A DNA stretch of 62,104 nucleotides, the filler included, from Hausera hauseri (lineage: Eukaryota), in the NCBI GenBank assembly GCA_046269625.1. It is 11 parts of 11 records of this genome, joined end to end, with 100 filler letters (N's around TTAATTAATTAA, not from the genome) between each part and the next. Parts side by side here need not be neighbours in the genome. Positions count along the whole stretch, not along the records: positions 1 to 4,679 come from JBJURY010478243.1; positions 4,780 to 9,378 come from JBJURY010510905.1; positions 9,479 to 14,627 come from JBJURY010321938.1; 8 more parts are not named here. The stretch is one strand, 5' to 3'. The translations under genes were made by a program, and so were the position numbers. Below the pieces are notes generated by a model, which made no database searches, was not told the DNA's origin, and saw nothing but the letters and a program-made list of their open reading frames with translations. This document shows, piece by piece, positions 1 to 13,124 of the stretch. The first letter of the stretch is position 1. Every line of letters starts with the position of its first letter.

Positions 1-304
1 AAACTGATATGGACAGAGATACATGACACGTCCTTCCAAAATTTGAAAAACGCACTGGCAAACCCTCCAGTACTGGCTAGAATTTTTTTCTGAGAAATTA
101 AATAACCATAAGTTGACATGTTGTAATTACGTTCTACAAGTTTGTTGAACAAAAGAAACACGTTCTGTGTAATTTCAGCATCGTATCAGGCCGTTTTCAA
201 AGAGATTAAATGCTAGTTCAAATCTGACTTTTCATCCATTTGATATAGAATGAAAGTTCGTAGAAGAATGCAAAAGTTTATTAATGATAAAATGAAAAAA
301 ATAA

Positions 305-684
305 ACATTCGAGAACGAAAGTTTCTTCCAATCATTCAACGAATCTATGCTTATTGGTGGACTTGAAATATTTGTCATATATTGCGTGTTTATTCAAAAT
401 TTGCAATGGAATTCAACAGAGAAGACATACAAAAATTAATTTACTACGACTGGAAACAGGGACTGTCAGTATCTGACATCGACAGGGAGATAAATCACAC
501 CTTGGGTGAGGGAACCCGCAAGTTCTCCGTAGGTTCAGAATTCCTTGTAGGTGAGGATCGACTCCAAGAAGGTATCAACAAATTGCCCGGTCATTGGCAA
601 AGATGCATTGACCATATTTTGATCAGTTGGCTGAGAATGAATTGGTTTTATTTTCGGAAGAAACTTTCCTTCCAGCACGGTATA
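305..684 (+). mobile_element. Internally deleted mariner-type DNA transposon
   Basis: Mariner-like N-terminal HTH (MEFNREDIQKLIYYDWKQGLS...INHTLGEGT) is joined directly to the mariner C-terminal motif (EGINKLPGHWQRCID). Inverted match GAAAGTTTCTTCC (317-329) / GGAAGAAACTTTC (656-668); right end followed by TA. Outer left boundary approximate. Confidence 0.75.
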
Positions 685-1115
685 AAATGTCCAGCACACT
701 TTCAACAAAAACTCGCTACTAAGACCATTCTGAGAAAAACCCTCCCCCACCCCAGGGACTGCCTGATAGTCCTCTTATCAATGCAATTTTTGTACTGGAT
801 GATAAAATGGTCCGTGCATGAATAGTAGAAAGACGGCGGTCGTATTCTTACCCAGTAAACTCGTGTGATAGAATCACAGACAATATAAATTGACTTTCCC
901 GTAGTTCCATTGTTGTCTACGTATACACAATCCAACAAATAACCGTTGATGTGTAGATTAACCTAGCGGCACTTATACAAAAATGACGTCAAATTAATTT
1001 AGTCACAGTAGTAAATAGGCTCATATTATTTCCAGTAACCTTCTACAACTGTATGGTTGTAAATAGAATGGAATTTTATCTATCCAGTAATTCATATAAA
1101 CAAATTTTGTTGTCG

Positions 1116-1680
1116 GGAGGATAGTACACATGTGCCTATTTACCATCATCCCCACAGAAAGCTAATGTTCTTATGGGCGGATAGTAAACATGTGCTTATT
1201 TACCTTTTCACCATCATCCCCACAGAAAGCTAATGTTGTTATGAGAAGGATAGTACACATGTGCCAATTTACCTATTTACTATCATCCCCACAGAAAGCT
1301 AATGATTCATGGGGAGGATAGTACACATGTCCCAATTTACCTATTTACCATCATCCCCACAGAAAGCTAATGTTCTTATGGGGCGGATAGTACACATGTG
1401 CCTATTTACCTTTCACCATCATCCCCACAGAAAGCTAATGTTCTTATGGGGTGGATAGTACACATGTGCCTATTTACCTTTTCACCATCATCCCCACAGA
1501 AAGCTAATGTTCTTATGGGGCGGATAGTACACATGTGCCTATTTACATATTTACCATCATCCCCACAGAAAGCTAATGTTGTTATGAGGAGGATAGTACA
1601 CATGTGCCAATTTACCTATTTACTATCATCCCCACAGAAAGCTATTGTTGTCATGGGGAGGATAATGCATATGTACCGAT
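1116..1680. repeat. Minisatellite, about 8 copies of a 68-69 bp unit
   Basis: The core (C/T)ATCATCCCCACAGAAAGCTA recurs at 1144, 1212, 1281, 1349, 1417, 1486, 1555 and 1624. Confidence 0.95.
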
Positions 1681-1822
1681 AATTAGTTAGGTCTGCATTT
1701 CCTACATTTCACTTTTATAAAATTCCCCAAATAAATCGATACGTGCACATGTCTACAAATTTATCCCATCCCAAAAATAAACCTAATCAATAACCGTAAT
1801 GATTAAACAGAATTTACCCCAC

Positions 1823-3136
1823 CTTTGGTTCCGATGGAAATGCCTCCACAATCCGAAGAATGTGATCAACATTCTGACTAATAAAAATCCCCATACCCCG
1901 TGCAAAATTCCACGGTTTAACAATCCAAACCGGTCCGACATTCTGACGAATAGACCGACAGGTCTTATCCGATTCACAGATACCACAATCGACATTTAAA
2001 TGATGACAATTACACGGGCAATTATCGTTTGTTGGATCGATTAATTCTCTGTTGTCAAATTCTCGTTCCAACTGACAGAAATACTTAATGAAATTGGCCA
2101 ACTCAATTTTCAAATTAAACGTGATCGGCAGCCAGTTACTTCCTTTGGCCAATTGACCGAGTAGATCCTTTGTCGTGACGACAGTTTCCGATGGAAATTG
2201 ATTGACTAACGTTTGCGGTTGTTCACGAGACAGACTCTCGAAATCTTTAAAATGATCAAACAGCCATAAAATATCGGCATCTTCTTTTTTCTTGGTAATT
2301 TCAAATCGCGGATCAGTGAGAGAATTTTGGACAAAAACGACGTCACTGTAGACTTTAATTGGTTGTTTTTCTTTGTCGATAATACCCAAATTTGGTATAG
2401 AATCGTCGGGATTTGATTCCATTACTCTGTGGCTTAAGAAGAACTCCGGATTTAAATTATCAAACAGTTCATCGTTTGCTGATGGTTCACTACGTGTCCA
2501 AATGTAGCGAATGCATTCCCGTAAGGTAGGTTCAATGATGTGTTCGACTCGATTGACGGACAAACAATCGAATTCCTTGAGATCTCGAATAAGCCACAAA
2601 ACAGAATAACAGACACCATTTGGGATATAAATGAATGGCACAATTTTCACTGACGGTGAATATTCATCGTGCTTTATGTACGATCCTACTTCATCGAGAA
2701 TATACCAAATTTTCTTGCGTTCTTCTGGATTTTTAATGGTAATATCGTAATAACGCAAATAAGGCCACATATTACACAATATCGAATCCACAACTAAATC
2801 AACTTCTGCGCCATCTGTATCTAAACCAACCATGGCTGCCACACGTTCCCTTAACTTTGAATTTTCATTCAAAAGCATTCGTGCCTTGTCCATCTCAAAT
2901 GACCATGCATTGTCAATAAGATAAATATTTTCTCCATCTGATGCTTTTAACGGTTTTGTTATTTGACACTGAACACTGGATTCGTCGTTGTTAAGCATCA
3001 ATTCACAAACATTACCGATATCGTAGAGATCCTCGTTTAATTTAACATGGAGACTGTGCCAAAAATATTCCGGTATGTCAGCTGATAAAAGTTGCGATTT
3101 GTGTTCGGCGATAAATTGTGGAAAACTGTATGACAT
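1823..3136 (-). CDS. TTLL12: Tubulin-tyrosine ligase-like protein 12, first large exon (gene incomplete)
   Basis: TTLL12-type motifs IYLIDNAWSF, WYILDEVGSYIKH (SET-like part), KVYSD, ADILW, VNQFPSE, WLPITFNL, WIVKPWNFARGMG. The reading frame runs into a GT donor after EPK (1822); C-terminal exons were not found. Confidence 0.9.
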
Positions 3137-4679
3137 TTCTTGAAGTCTCTAAATTAAGTATAAATACATCGCGAAAAAAATGGAACAAACGTTTCAACAC
3201 CCTGTAGTGGTAAAAAATTTTCGAATATTTAGTATTATATAAACAAAACAAATTGTATTGAATTGTTAAGATTAAACTTATGCAGTTTCCCTTTACATGC
3301 ACATAAAATGTCAATAACTGATAATTGCATATTGTGTTTTCCAGATCGCCATCATGGGCTATACAAGTTCCATCCAAGTAAAATGTATGCACTTATGAAT
3401 ATTCAAGTTTGGTGGCTGACTTTTGTATCATTAATTATAATATTTAATAAAATACTATTAGTTCGTGTCAAGATTTTGGTTTCCTTATTGTGGAACGGTA
3501 AATAAATACCATGACATTTTAAGCTATTATCGAGGTGGAAAATTCATTTTACATCAATGCAAAAAATAAGTTATAACGACGAGGTTAGTTTACAAAATAT
3601 AAATGCAGCTAACATTGTTTTTGAAAGTTCATAAATATAAGTCTATACTGCAGAATGATGCCTCTTACATATATCCAAAATGATAAAAATACTAGCGGCT
3701 AGTAATATTGAGCTTGTTGGGCCTAGAACAAGTTGCCATTTACAATGATTCAATTATTGACAAAAATTGCATTTTAGAAATTTTCAACAACTAAAGAATC
3801 ATTATTAAAACATTAAGTTTACAAACCACATTGGTTTTGCACAACATATGTCTAATTAAGGTCAACACTGTCAACAACGGATAGAAGTCAAGCTTGATTT
3901 TATTATAGTTAATTTTAAGTAGTTCATGCGATGACACCATCAGAATTTTTCCAATGTACTTATATAGCGTATGTGGCAAATAAATTAGATTATAATTTGG
4001 AGCGATGTAGAGAGGTTTACGAAAAAATCTGTAATAAGAAATGAAGAAGTAATGTTGAAGTAATGAAAATATGATAGAATTCTGAAAGTACATTTAGGAT
4101 TGCCATATTCTCAGTGTCTTAGTTGGTAACAAATTAACTTAATTTCATAACTAGAAGGATTCAGAACTGGTACCGGCTCCACTCCACGGTCTCATCACAT
4201 TTAATTTCAATTAATTCTTAACCGGACTGGATTATATATTGATTATTACTAGGAATAATCACAATTCATTTTAAAGAATCATTAATTGAAACTTTATAAA
4301 GATAAATTTAGAATTTAACAGAATACCACAGAGTAAAGTCAAAGAAACAAATTTATAATATCCAGGCACATAAAAAGATACTGAACATTTATTTCTGTAG
4401 AATTTCACGCAGAGAGTATTCCATTTCAATATGTGCGAGAGAAAAACATTTGAAATTTAATATTCTTTTATTATTTTCTGAGAAATTAAATAAAAATATT
4501 TCAGAAATATTTCCGGATTATATAAGATAAAAATATTCGTTTCAGAAATGCAAATAATTATATATATTAAACAATTTCATATGTATACAAATTGGGTGTC
4601 GAATTGGAATGTTTATTTGGTACTTCTTCACAATGCGCAACTTTCTTGGTAGTTCTTAATTTCCCTTATATCTAGTGCT

Positions 4680-4779
4680 NNNNNNNNNNNNNNNNNNNNN
4701 NNNNNNNNNNNNNNNNNNNNNNNTTAATTAATTAANNNNNNNNNNNNNNNNNNNNNNNNNNNNNNNNNNNNNNNNNNNN
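4680..4779. other. Artificial contig linker N44-TTAATTAATTAA-N44 (same at 9379-9478, 14628-14727, 18762-18861, 23714-23813, 28122-28221, 32698-32797, 37384-37483, 43407-43506, 49490-49589)
   Basis: Identical 100-bp spacers with stops in all six frames; sequence content changes abruptly across each. Confidence 0.98.
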
Positions 4780-5150
4780 CCACGTTACTGTACCAATAAA
4801 GTGCATGACGTTGGTGGTTGCCATAGTGCAATGGAGCAATACTATGGCACCACAACAGTGCACAGTAAACGGGCCTATGTATGTCCAGGTTGTTCTATAG
4901 CTAATGATTAAATCAACTATGAACAGTTTTATAATCAGCACCATGACCACTTAACCCAGTTTAAACGGTTAAAAAAAAATATTAATGGACGCAGTAAAAA
5001 GCAGCAGTAGCAGCAGTATTCCCTCAACAAGTAGTAAGCGCCAGGCATCAACAAGCCTTGACGAATACTTGAAAAATAACAGAAATCAAAAGCAGCAGAA
5101 GGAGCAGCAGGAAGGAACCACGTATTACTGTCAAGTACGATCTGAAAAAA

Positions 5151-8100
5151 TTGTACGTGGATATAAAAGTGAACACGTCAGCGACAACAACAACGCAATT
5201 GAGACATGTTCCATCCATTGTGCGAAATCGGTTGGAATCTGAAGTGAACAAATTCCAACACCACTACAAAGTGCAGTATTATGCACTTGCAGAATTCAAA
5301 AATGTGCAAGGTGACAGGAAACAATGGTACCTGTCACATCGAGCTGCACCATATACCGAGGATTTTATCGTTGAGATTGGCAAAAACCTCGAGGAGAAAA
5401 TCGCCAACTACACGGAAAAGGGTAGTCGATGTCGAATTGTAAAGGTTGTCACTCTCGGCTTTATCATTACAAAGTCGAGTGACATGATTTACTTGTCGGG
5501 GAGATCGTTCATACCGACACCTGCAGCTCTAAAGCACTCTAAAACTGTAGTCAATGTAGAACATAATAGCGACGAATACTGTTTTCTTTACAGTATTTTA
5601 GCCATCTTAAAATATGACGAAGTGCCCAGAAATCGTGCAAATCGTTCAAAACAATATCGTCAGTATTTTTCCGAATTGGACTTTGATGAAAGCTGAATGC
5701 CGATGAAACTCAAAATCATTTCGGCTTTTGAACGGCATAATCCGACACTGTCAATCAACGTTTTCTGTTACAACTCAGTAATAAAGATAACGGCATATGA
5801 GGAAATTTACAAGAATCCCCACGTGGACATAATCTATCAAAGTCGGAACTCGAATGGACGTCCAATATACCTGTTGCTGTTGGAGCAAGCAGAAAAATTT
5901 TATTACATGGCCGTAACAAATCTGGACAGACTGCTGAACATGGACCATGACCAGTTCATCCAAAAACAAATACGTTGCAAATGGTGCTCTATGATTGCAT
6001 GGCTTCAGATCAGAAGCGACATGGGAAAAACACGTGGCGCCATGCAGAAAAAACGTATCGGGAACAACAATGCACGTCATGCTCATCAAAAAGGAGCTGA
6101 GATTCGGTGGTCGAAAACGGACAGTCCGACATATGTGGTCTATGCCGATATTTAAGCAATTCTACCGCGGAACAACGTATACGACCAAAAACACATTCCA
6201 ATCGCCGTCGGTATGTTGCTAGTACCAATAAAAGCCACCGGACAACCGCAGTATTACGTTTTCCACGGATGGAACTGTGTACGTGATTTCCTGCGCCAGT
6301 TGGAAGCAATAGTAAAAGCGGAAATCGCACCGTGGTACAGTAACAACAACATTAAGCTTTGATCTGGACAGACGAATAGGAACGCTTTACGTTCGCCGTC
6401 ACAGATAAATGCTACCTGTGCCACAAAATATTACCATTCGATAAACAGGAACGGCTTGTACCCCATCACGACCACTTTACCGGACGATACCTAGGAGCAG
6501 CATGCAATTCATGCAATTTAACATGGCGTGTGTAGCTATTCCTGCCGGTGATATTTCATAACTTCAGGGGTTATGATTGTCACCATGTTCTAAAATTGGC
6601 GATGGAGAAATACCTGTCTCTGTCCACACTCATATAAACCGGTTCCAGGTGCGATTCCTTGACTCATTACAGTTCCTCAATGAGTCTCTAGCAAAGCTGG
6701 TAAATGCCTTGCCGGATGTGCCGTTAACATCAACGCAGTTACCGATGCATATTGCACGTAGCAAAGGCATATTCCCGTATGACTTTGCTACATCGTACGA
6801 GCGCCTTCAGACAACAGAGGAATTGCCGCCGCAGTGACCCAGTATAAAAAGATGAATATCTCAGAGCACAGGAATCTTGGTCAGAGCTCGGCTACAGAAG
6901 CCTGTTGGATTACATGCTCCAGTATCTGAAACTGGACGTGTTCTTACTGGCTGACGTATTTCAGATATTTCGGACTAAGGCGTTGGCGGAAGATAGGCTG
7001 GAGCTGCACAACATTTACTCCATACCGGGAATGAGTCAGGCGTCGGCTCTGATATCACTGGACCGGGACATTGAGCTGTTGCAAGACCCAGAAATGTACC
7101 GACTATTTGATTTGGTATTCGTGGCGGTATGACATTTGTCAACAAGCACTACGTAACCAGTGTTGATAACACCACATCACTGCTGTTCATTGACATTAAT
7201 AACCTGTATGGCTGGGCGCTTTCGCAACTCTTGCTGTATGGTTCATTTGAATGGTTAACGGACAAGCAAGATCTGGCGGCAATATTGGAAAATTTACCGA
7301 GTAAACACGGCAGAAAATAGCTCATTCGGCTACCTGATGGAAGTTGATCTCGTGCTACTGGATGATTTACATGATGCTTTGGACCAATTGCCTGTCGCAC
7401 CAATCAGCCAATGTCCGCTCGGCGGCTCAAGTGAAGAAACTCCTCATGACGCATGAACCGAAGCTGAATTACTTGGTCCATTGGCGTCTGCTACAGTTCC
7501 ACATGCAGCTCGGGGTATGTGTCACAGCTGCATCGCGCAATCAAATTCAATCACGCGCCAATATTCAAGGCACACATTGACGGAAATTCAGAAAAACGAG
7601 CCTCAGCTTGTACAAAGTTCGAAAAGGACTACTACAATTTGAAAAATAATTCTCTACGGCAAAACGGTAGATAACTTCAAAACGCAACTAAATATGCGCC
7701 TATGTAACAACGAAAAGCGTCTGGTTGCGTACACCAGCAAGGCTCAGTTAAGGCGGTCAATGCACATTGCCTATGGATTGATCGCCGTGCTGTTAAACAA
7801 AGAAGAAGTCGTACTGGACCGACCAAGTTATATCGGATTAGTGGTATTGGGCCTGAGCAAGTTGCGAATGTATGAGCTCCAGTATCGCCACTTGGCACGA
7901 TACCGGCAAATGTTCGATGGCTCTGAGTTCAGTATCGTTGTCGGTGACACAGACAGCTTCCTTGAGCTGAAAAACGTCAATCGAGACCACCTGCTCGGCT
8001 GCTTCAAGGATGAAAGCAAAGGCCGTGTTCAGTACAGAGAATGGATATTCCTGCGTCCAAAGTGCTACAGTCTTCTGACGGACTGTGGACCGAAAATGCG

Positions 8101-8290
8101 CGCAAAAGACGTTCAGCTGTCCCAGACGGAAATAAGCCACGGTGATTATCTCCGTATCTATGAAGCAGCAGCAGAAGATGGAAGACGACAAGGAGGAAGA
8201 GGAGGACAATCAATGGCTGTGTCAAACAACCATAACAAACTATAACACAAAAATCGCTTTGTCATGCAATGATGATAAGCGAAAGTGAGT
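5151..8290 (+). pseudogene. Protein-primed family B DNA polymerase (Polinton/Maverick/adintovirus type), with many frameshifts and stops
   Basis: Motifs in order: CFLYSILA, FERHNPTLSINVF, ExoI YVVYADI, HNH-like HHDHFTGRYLGAACNSCN, ExoII FHNFRGYD, RFLDSLQFL, KGIFPYD, ExoIII YLKLDVFLLADVF, PolA DINNLYGWALS, PolC GDTDS, FKDE, LRPKCY. Confidence 0.92.
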
Positions 8291-8596
8291 GGGGCGAAAT
8301 AAGAATTGGGCGTATGGGCATTGGCGTTTGAAATAACACACGTGATTTCTTGTGTTCCGATGATTCGAAGCAGACAGTTACAATCATTTGTACATTGTGA
8401 CAATCACTGAAATATGATTTTTATTGTTATGTCACAATAATGTATTTTCGTTCACCGACTTTTTTAGTTCTGTTTTATATAGTTATTTAATTTTCTTCAT
8501 ATTAAATGATGACTAAGAAAACAGTATTAGAAGTCAATTTAACACTACAAATGCAAATATGTTTATTAAGCATTAATCACAAATCACAAGATCACG

Positions 8597-9043
8597 TCAA
8601 ATCAAACTGAATTTTGTCAGTTTCCACATAGGGGATTTCACGAACATCATCTTGTGGCCTTTCAGCTTCAGAATTAAGTAGCCTTTAGCTCCTTCAACTG
8701 GCAATGCTGCTGGTGCTTCTCCATTTGAACGGACAATTTTCCGTATATTGCCCTTAAGAAAAAATGAGGAGGTATCTCGGGTATCTTTAGACAACCCGAA
8801 GTCATTGTCGAGCTTTATCATTGTTTCCTCCATCGCGTCCAAATCACTGCCGCTGATTTTCTTGGCCAGCAGACCATACTTCACCTGTTTGAGTTTTATC
8901 GGTTGTGCCAACGTCAATTGAACAGGCTTTCGTAGAAAGTTCAACTGGTACCCATTGTACAACCGGGCCGGTCTAAACGAATATTCGTTGTATTTTGGCT
9001 GACACGCAGCAGAACTCAAATTGTTTGCTTCATCGGAATTCAT
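8597..9043 (-). CDS. Small hypothetical protein convergent with pPolB, probably part of the same element
   Basis: Uninterrupted frame of about 148 codons from ATG (MNSDEA...), with an AT-rich region between it and pPolB. Confidence 0.55.
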   Translation of the reverse strand: MNSDEANNLSSAACQPKYNEYSFRPARLYNGYQLNFLRKPVQLTLAQPIKLKQVKYGLLAKKISGSDLDAMEETMIKLDNDFGLSKDTRDTSSFFLKGNIRKIVRSNGEAPAALPVEGAKGYLILKLKGHKMMFVKSPMWKLTKFSLI

Positions 9044-10560
9044 TGTCGTAGAGAGACGGAGTGAAATGAAATTATAGCGCCATATATACACCTGTCTAAC
9101 AAGTTTTGCTTATATTATAAACGTGTCAACATTGAGTATTTACATATAGAGTCATTGTAACAAATTGTCCCAATGAACTCCACGAAGCTGTTGAGTTACA
9201 CATTACAAAAGTCAATGTATTCATTTATTCACAATAAATGTGTATAATTTCCATTATAGCACATTTACATTCTGGACATTGGTGGGTTACTTTGGTGGTG
9301 GTGGAACACATTTGACAAACGACGAGATGGCCGCACATTAAGAATTCCGCATCCACTTTTTTTGTTTACATGGTACATNNNNNNNNNNNNNNNNNNNNNN
9401 NNNNNNNNNNNNNNNNNNNNNNTTAATTAATTAANNNNNNNNNNNNNNNNNNNNNNNNNNNNNNNNNNNNNNNNNNNNAATTGGTTCGTTTTTGTTAATA
9501 ATGAATATATACATGCATATATACACAATACACGGTCAAAAACATACAGAGAAACAGACAAACAGACTGGGGAATGGCAATAATAATAGTAATAATAATA
9601 ATAGATCTGCACATTGATTTGGAGGTCTGACTTTTGAGACAGGTTTAGCGAAATATCTATAGATCTGTTTGGTTTTAAGCAGCAGCAGGAACTGCAGAGA
9701 TTAAAATGGTACACATGTTAATGACATCTTTTTTACCAATAATTATGACTAACAGTTAGGTTCCGATTGATCGATGACGAGTTTAACAAAGTCTTTAGTA
9801 TTGTTACTGTTAGTATTTGTATTACTGTTCGTACTACTGGAAACGTTAACGCGATCCTGACTAGAGCTGGGGTATGTGGGATACTTTTTTAGGCTCTGCT
9901 AAATGATCTTTATCTGACGGGGAAGAAGCTGTAACGGTAGTGACGTTTGTTTCTGTGTTTGTATTAGTCGGAGAATGTGAGTTTTGGAAATTCTATTTGT
10001 GTGATCAAGTTATTTATGTTCATGAGAACCATGCTTGATCAGTGAAGCAAATTCTCTTTTGAATCATAAATTGAGCGGTAAATGATAAAATGATTGTATA
10101 AGGGGTGCATGTAATAAATAATTTGACTGGGAATATTTAAAGGGGATTCGTCAGATATTTCGTCCTTGACCTCTTCCGCAACGTCTTCGGCCATGTAAAT
10201 TTCTTCCGTGTGATGAAAATCGAATCAAAATGAATAGTAATAAAATAAAGTAACATATTGTAAAACTAATCTAAACGTTCGTTCCATCTCTATAAACGTA
10301 GTAAGGGAGTGATTGTTGTGCAAAGAATTCCGGTGGCATAGAAAAACAACAAATAGATTGAGAGATAACAAAATAAATATTAAGACAAAGGGATGGAAAC
10401 ATAGCAAGATATTCGATAATCTTCTCGTCCAACCCAACGGATAAAATTCTTAAGGCGGATAGTCCGACCCGACTATTGATACAACGCGGAGATAACGGAC
10501 GCCCGGCCGTGCCCGACCAAAATGGGCCAAAGGACACAGGCCGCGATGGGCACCACAGTG

Positions 10561-12945
10561 CTTGAGTAAAGATTTGTGAAAAACTAATCGAACTAACCGA
10601 CCTAGATAAAAAATCAGCAACCAAATTATTAACCCCATAGATATGTTTTATGTCGAAGTTAAAACTAGACAAATATGATATCTGCCGTTCTTGGCGTGTA
10701 GAAGGATGTATCATAGCCATGATGTTCATTTAGGGCTTGTGATCGGTCTGTATGGTAAAATGGCGGGCGACAAGTAAGTGAGAGAAATTCTTTAAGGCGA
10801 GAACGATGGCCAATAATTCCCGATCAAACGTTAAGCATCTAGTTTCGGGGGTGTTAGCTTACAAGAGAAAAATTCTAGCGGTTGATTTTTTCCTTGTAGA
10901 TTTGGTGAAGCACAGCACCTACCGCAGTGGTTGAAGCGTCTGTGGTAAGAATAAGTTCCGAGTCAGCCTTGGGGAAAGCGAAAATATCGGCAGTCTTAAT
11001 TCCTTCGCGTAGCTTATCAAACTTATCAACCAATTCGAATTAATTTGTAATTTCCTCAAAATTGATCTCCGCGTCCCGATCGCGGTAGTCGAAATGCTAT
11101 TTATGTATTTGCTAACGCTTCCAGTGATGCCACTCGTCAGACATCGTTGACTGCAGTTAACTAATAAATTATAATGCGATAAAAAATCAGAACCTAGAAT
11201 AGCCGTCTGGACATTGGCAACTATGAACGTCCAGTGGAAAGGTGAAGGAAATTTTGGTAAGGTAAAAGATAATTTAGCCATGCCAGAAATGTGCAGCGGT
11301 TGACCCGAAGCGGTGTATAAAGACTTGATTTTGAACGGTGAATTTTGGACAGGAAAAGTTTGTGGAAAGAAAGAGATCAGGGCACCCGTGTTAATAAGGA
11401 AATCAACGGATTGCGTTGTAGGAGCGATGATTGTAGCTTTAGGGTAAAGACAGCAAAAGAGGCGTCTTGACATTCAAAAGGTGAAACGGTGCCTTTGTCA
11501 GAGTTTGCCGTGACTTCTGCTGGAGAACTTAGTTTATTTGAAATGGTGAACTGGGACGACTATTAGAAAAAGAGGTAGCACGTCCGTCGTTCGTATCTGT
11601 TTTAAAAGGGCAGCCTGGAATGCATTTACAGGCTTGATTTCTAAACTTTGCGTGGTAAATGCAAAACAACGGTGTCCGAAATAAAAAAATTTTATTGTAA
11701 AATCTGCACCCTAGGCAGCATTTTTTGCACTTTTGTTGAATCTGCTGTGATAATAGCAGATAGACGACTGCGCAGGCGATGGTGACCGGTTTCTAGGTAC
11801 AGAATGGTCGCGATCGGCGAAAAAATCCATTCGGCGGGACAGGGGAAATTCATTTAATTTGTTATTCATATTGTTAATTGTTAGGTGTAGTACTGTATTT
11901 TCGGCACGTAACTGATTTAGTTGTTGCTTTATTAATGTGTTGTTGTTTTGGATACCGTTAGCGGCAACTGCCACCGAAACGATCGGTGGGGAGTTTAAGT
12001 GTAGAACGTTATGTGTCTTGTCGACTAATTAGGCCAGTATCTCAAGATCCGTGGTGTCCTCTACCACAGTAAGTAGAGCCCAAATTTGGATGGGTAAGGT
12101 GTTGAGAAAGTAGTGGCGCAATAGTTCGGGGTTGTTTTCTTTAGTGATGCAGATGTGCCAAAGACGTGCGTAAAAATTCTGATGGTCGTTGTGTGCCTAT
12201 GGCATTTTCGTGGAAGAAGCGTTGTATTATCATGTCCATTGAGGGTTCTGTGATCTTAACAAAGGCGTTGGAAAATTGTGAGTATGGGCCAGGGCGTTCA
12301 CGTATTTCAAGGATGTTGTGAATTCGTGTTTTGATATTGTTAGAGAATAAGAAGAGGAGGTTGTGTGCTTTAGTTAAATGATCGGTAACGTTATTTGCTT
12401 GTAGCCACAAATGGTGGAATTGCAACCAAGTTTTGATCGAGCCTTGGTTGTCGATAAAGAATTCAGTGCAGTAAGGGAAAGGAGTGGAAGAAGTTGTAGG
12501 TGAAGGCTTGTTAGCGGAAGTAGGAGTGGGTTTTTGAAGCAGTATAACAGATTTTGATTTCGTGGTGGTTTCATCTGTGGTGTCTATGGTTGGAGATGAA
12601 TTCATGCCACCACGGACGCGGAAGTGTATATGGAGGTGTATATAAGTTGAAGAAGATCGTAAGGTTTCAGCGATAGGTAATGTAGAGCCGTTGGGCGTTA
12701 TATAAAAGTTAGATGAGTGAAGAAAAGTGGAGATGCCGTTGTAGAAATCTGTAGTGTTTGCGTGTGTTGATGCAATTGTGTAAATGTTTGTTGTTTAAAA
12801 AAACGATAAGAGCAAACGATGTGGACGTATAGCCAGGGGCGTGTCGTGGGGGTCAGCGAACGGTGTCGGCCGACCCAAATCGCACAGGGTGAGCGGCCGG
12901 GACCTCAGCCTCGCAGCGGCGAATCCCAAATTTCGGGGTGACTAA
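10561..12945 (-). mobile_element. Degenerate, internally deleted Ty3/Gypsy LTR retrotransposon (gag, protease, RNase H; RT absent)
   Basis: gag-like 12141-12605 and 11711-11974 with Cys/His motif CYYHSRF; protease FLINTGA...ILGSDFL (10919-11473); RNase H remnants FDRELLAI, IQTDHKP and NLVADFLSR; degenerate PBS-like TAGTCACCCCGA near 12933-12944. Confidence 0.85.
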
Positions 12946-13124
12946 GTTCTCCGCATCGAGCTCCGTTGTACCTATAATGCTGATTGTATATATTTTCGAT
13001 GTAATTTGTAGGATCTGAATTTTAGTGTGGTCATTGGTGACATTTTCAAACGGTAACCCGCAACAGTTAGATATCGGGTTAGTCCCGTGACTTATAGCCA
13101 TTAGAGGTAACTGAATTTGGTTAT

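Noticed and set aside
738-812. Plus-strand peptide PPPQGLPDSPLINAIFVLD resembling part of the TTLL12 C-terminus
   Set aside because: It is on the opposite strand to the TTLL12 exon, short, and the similarity does not extend; probably coincidental.
1116-1680. Possible CRISPR array
   Set aside because: The whole unit is repeated with no unique spacers, there are no cas genes, and the context is eukaryotic.
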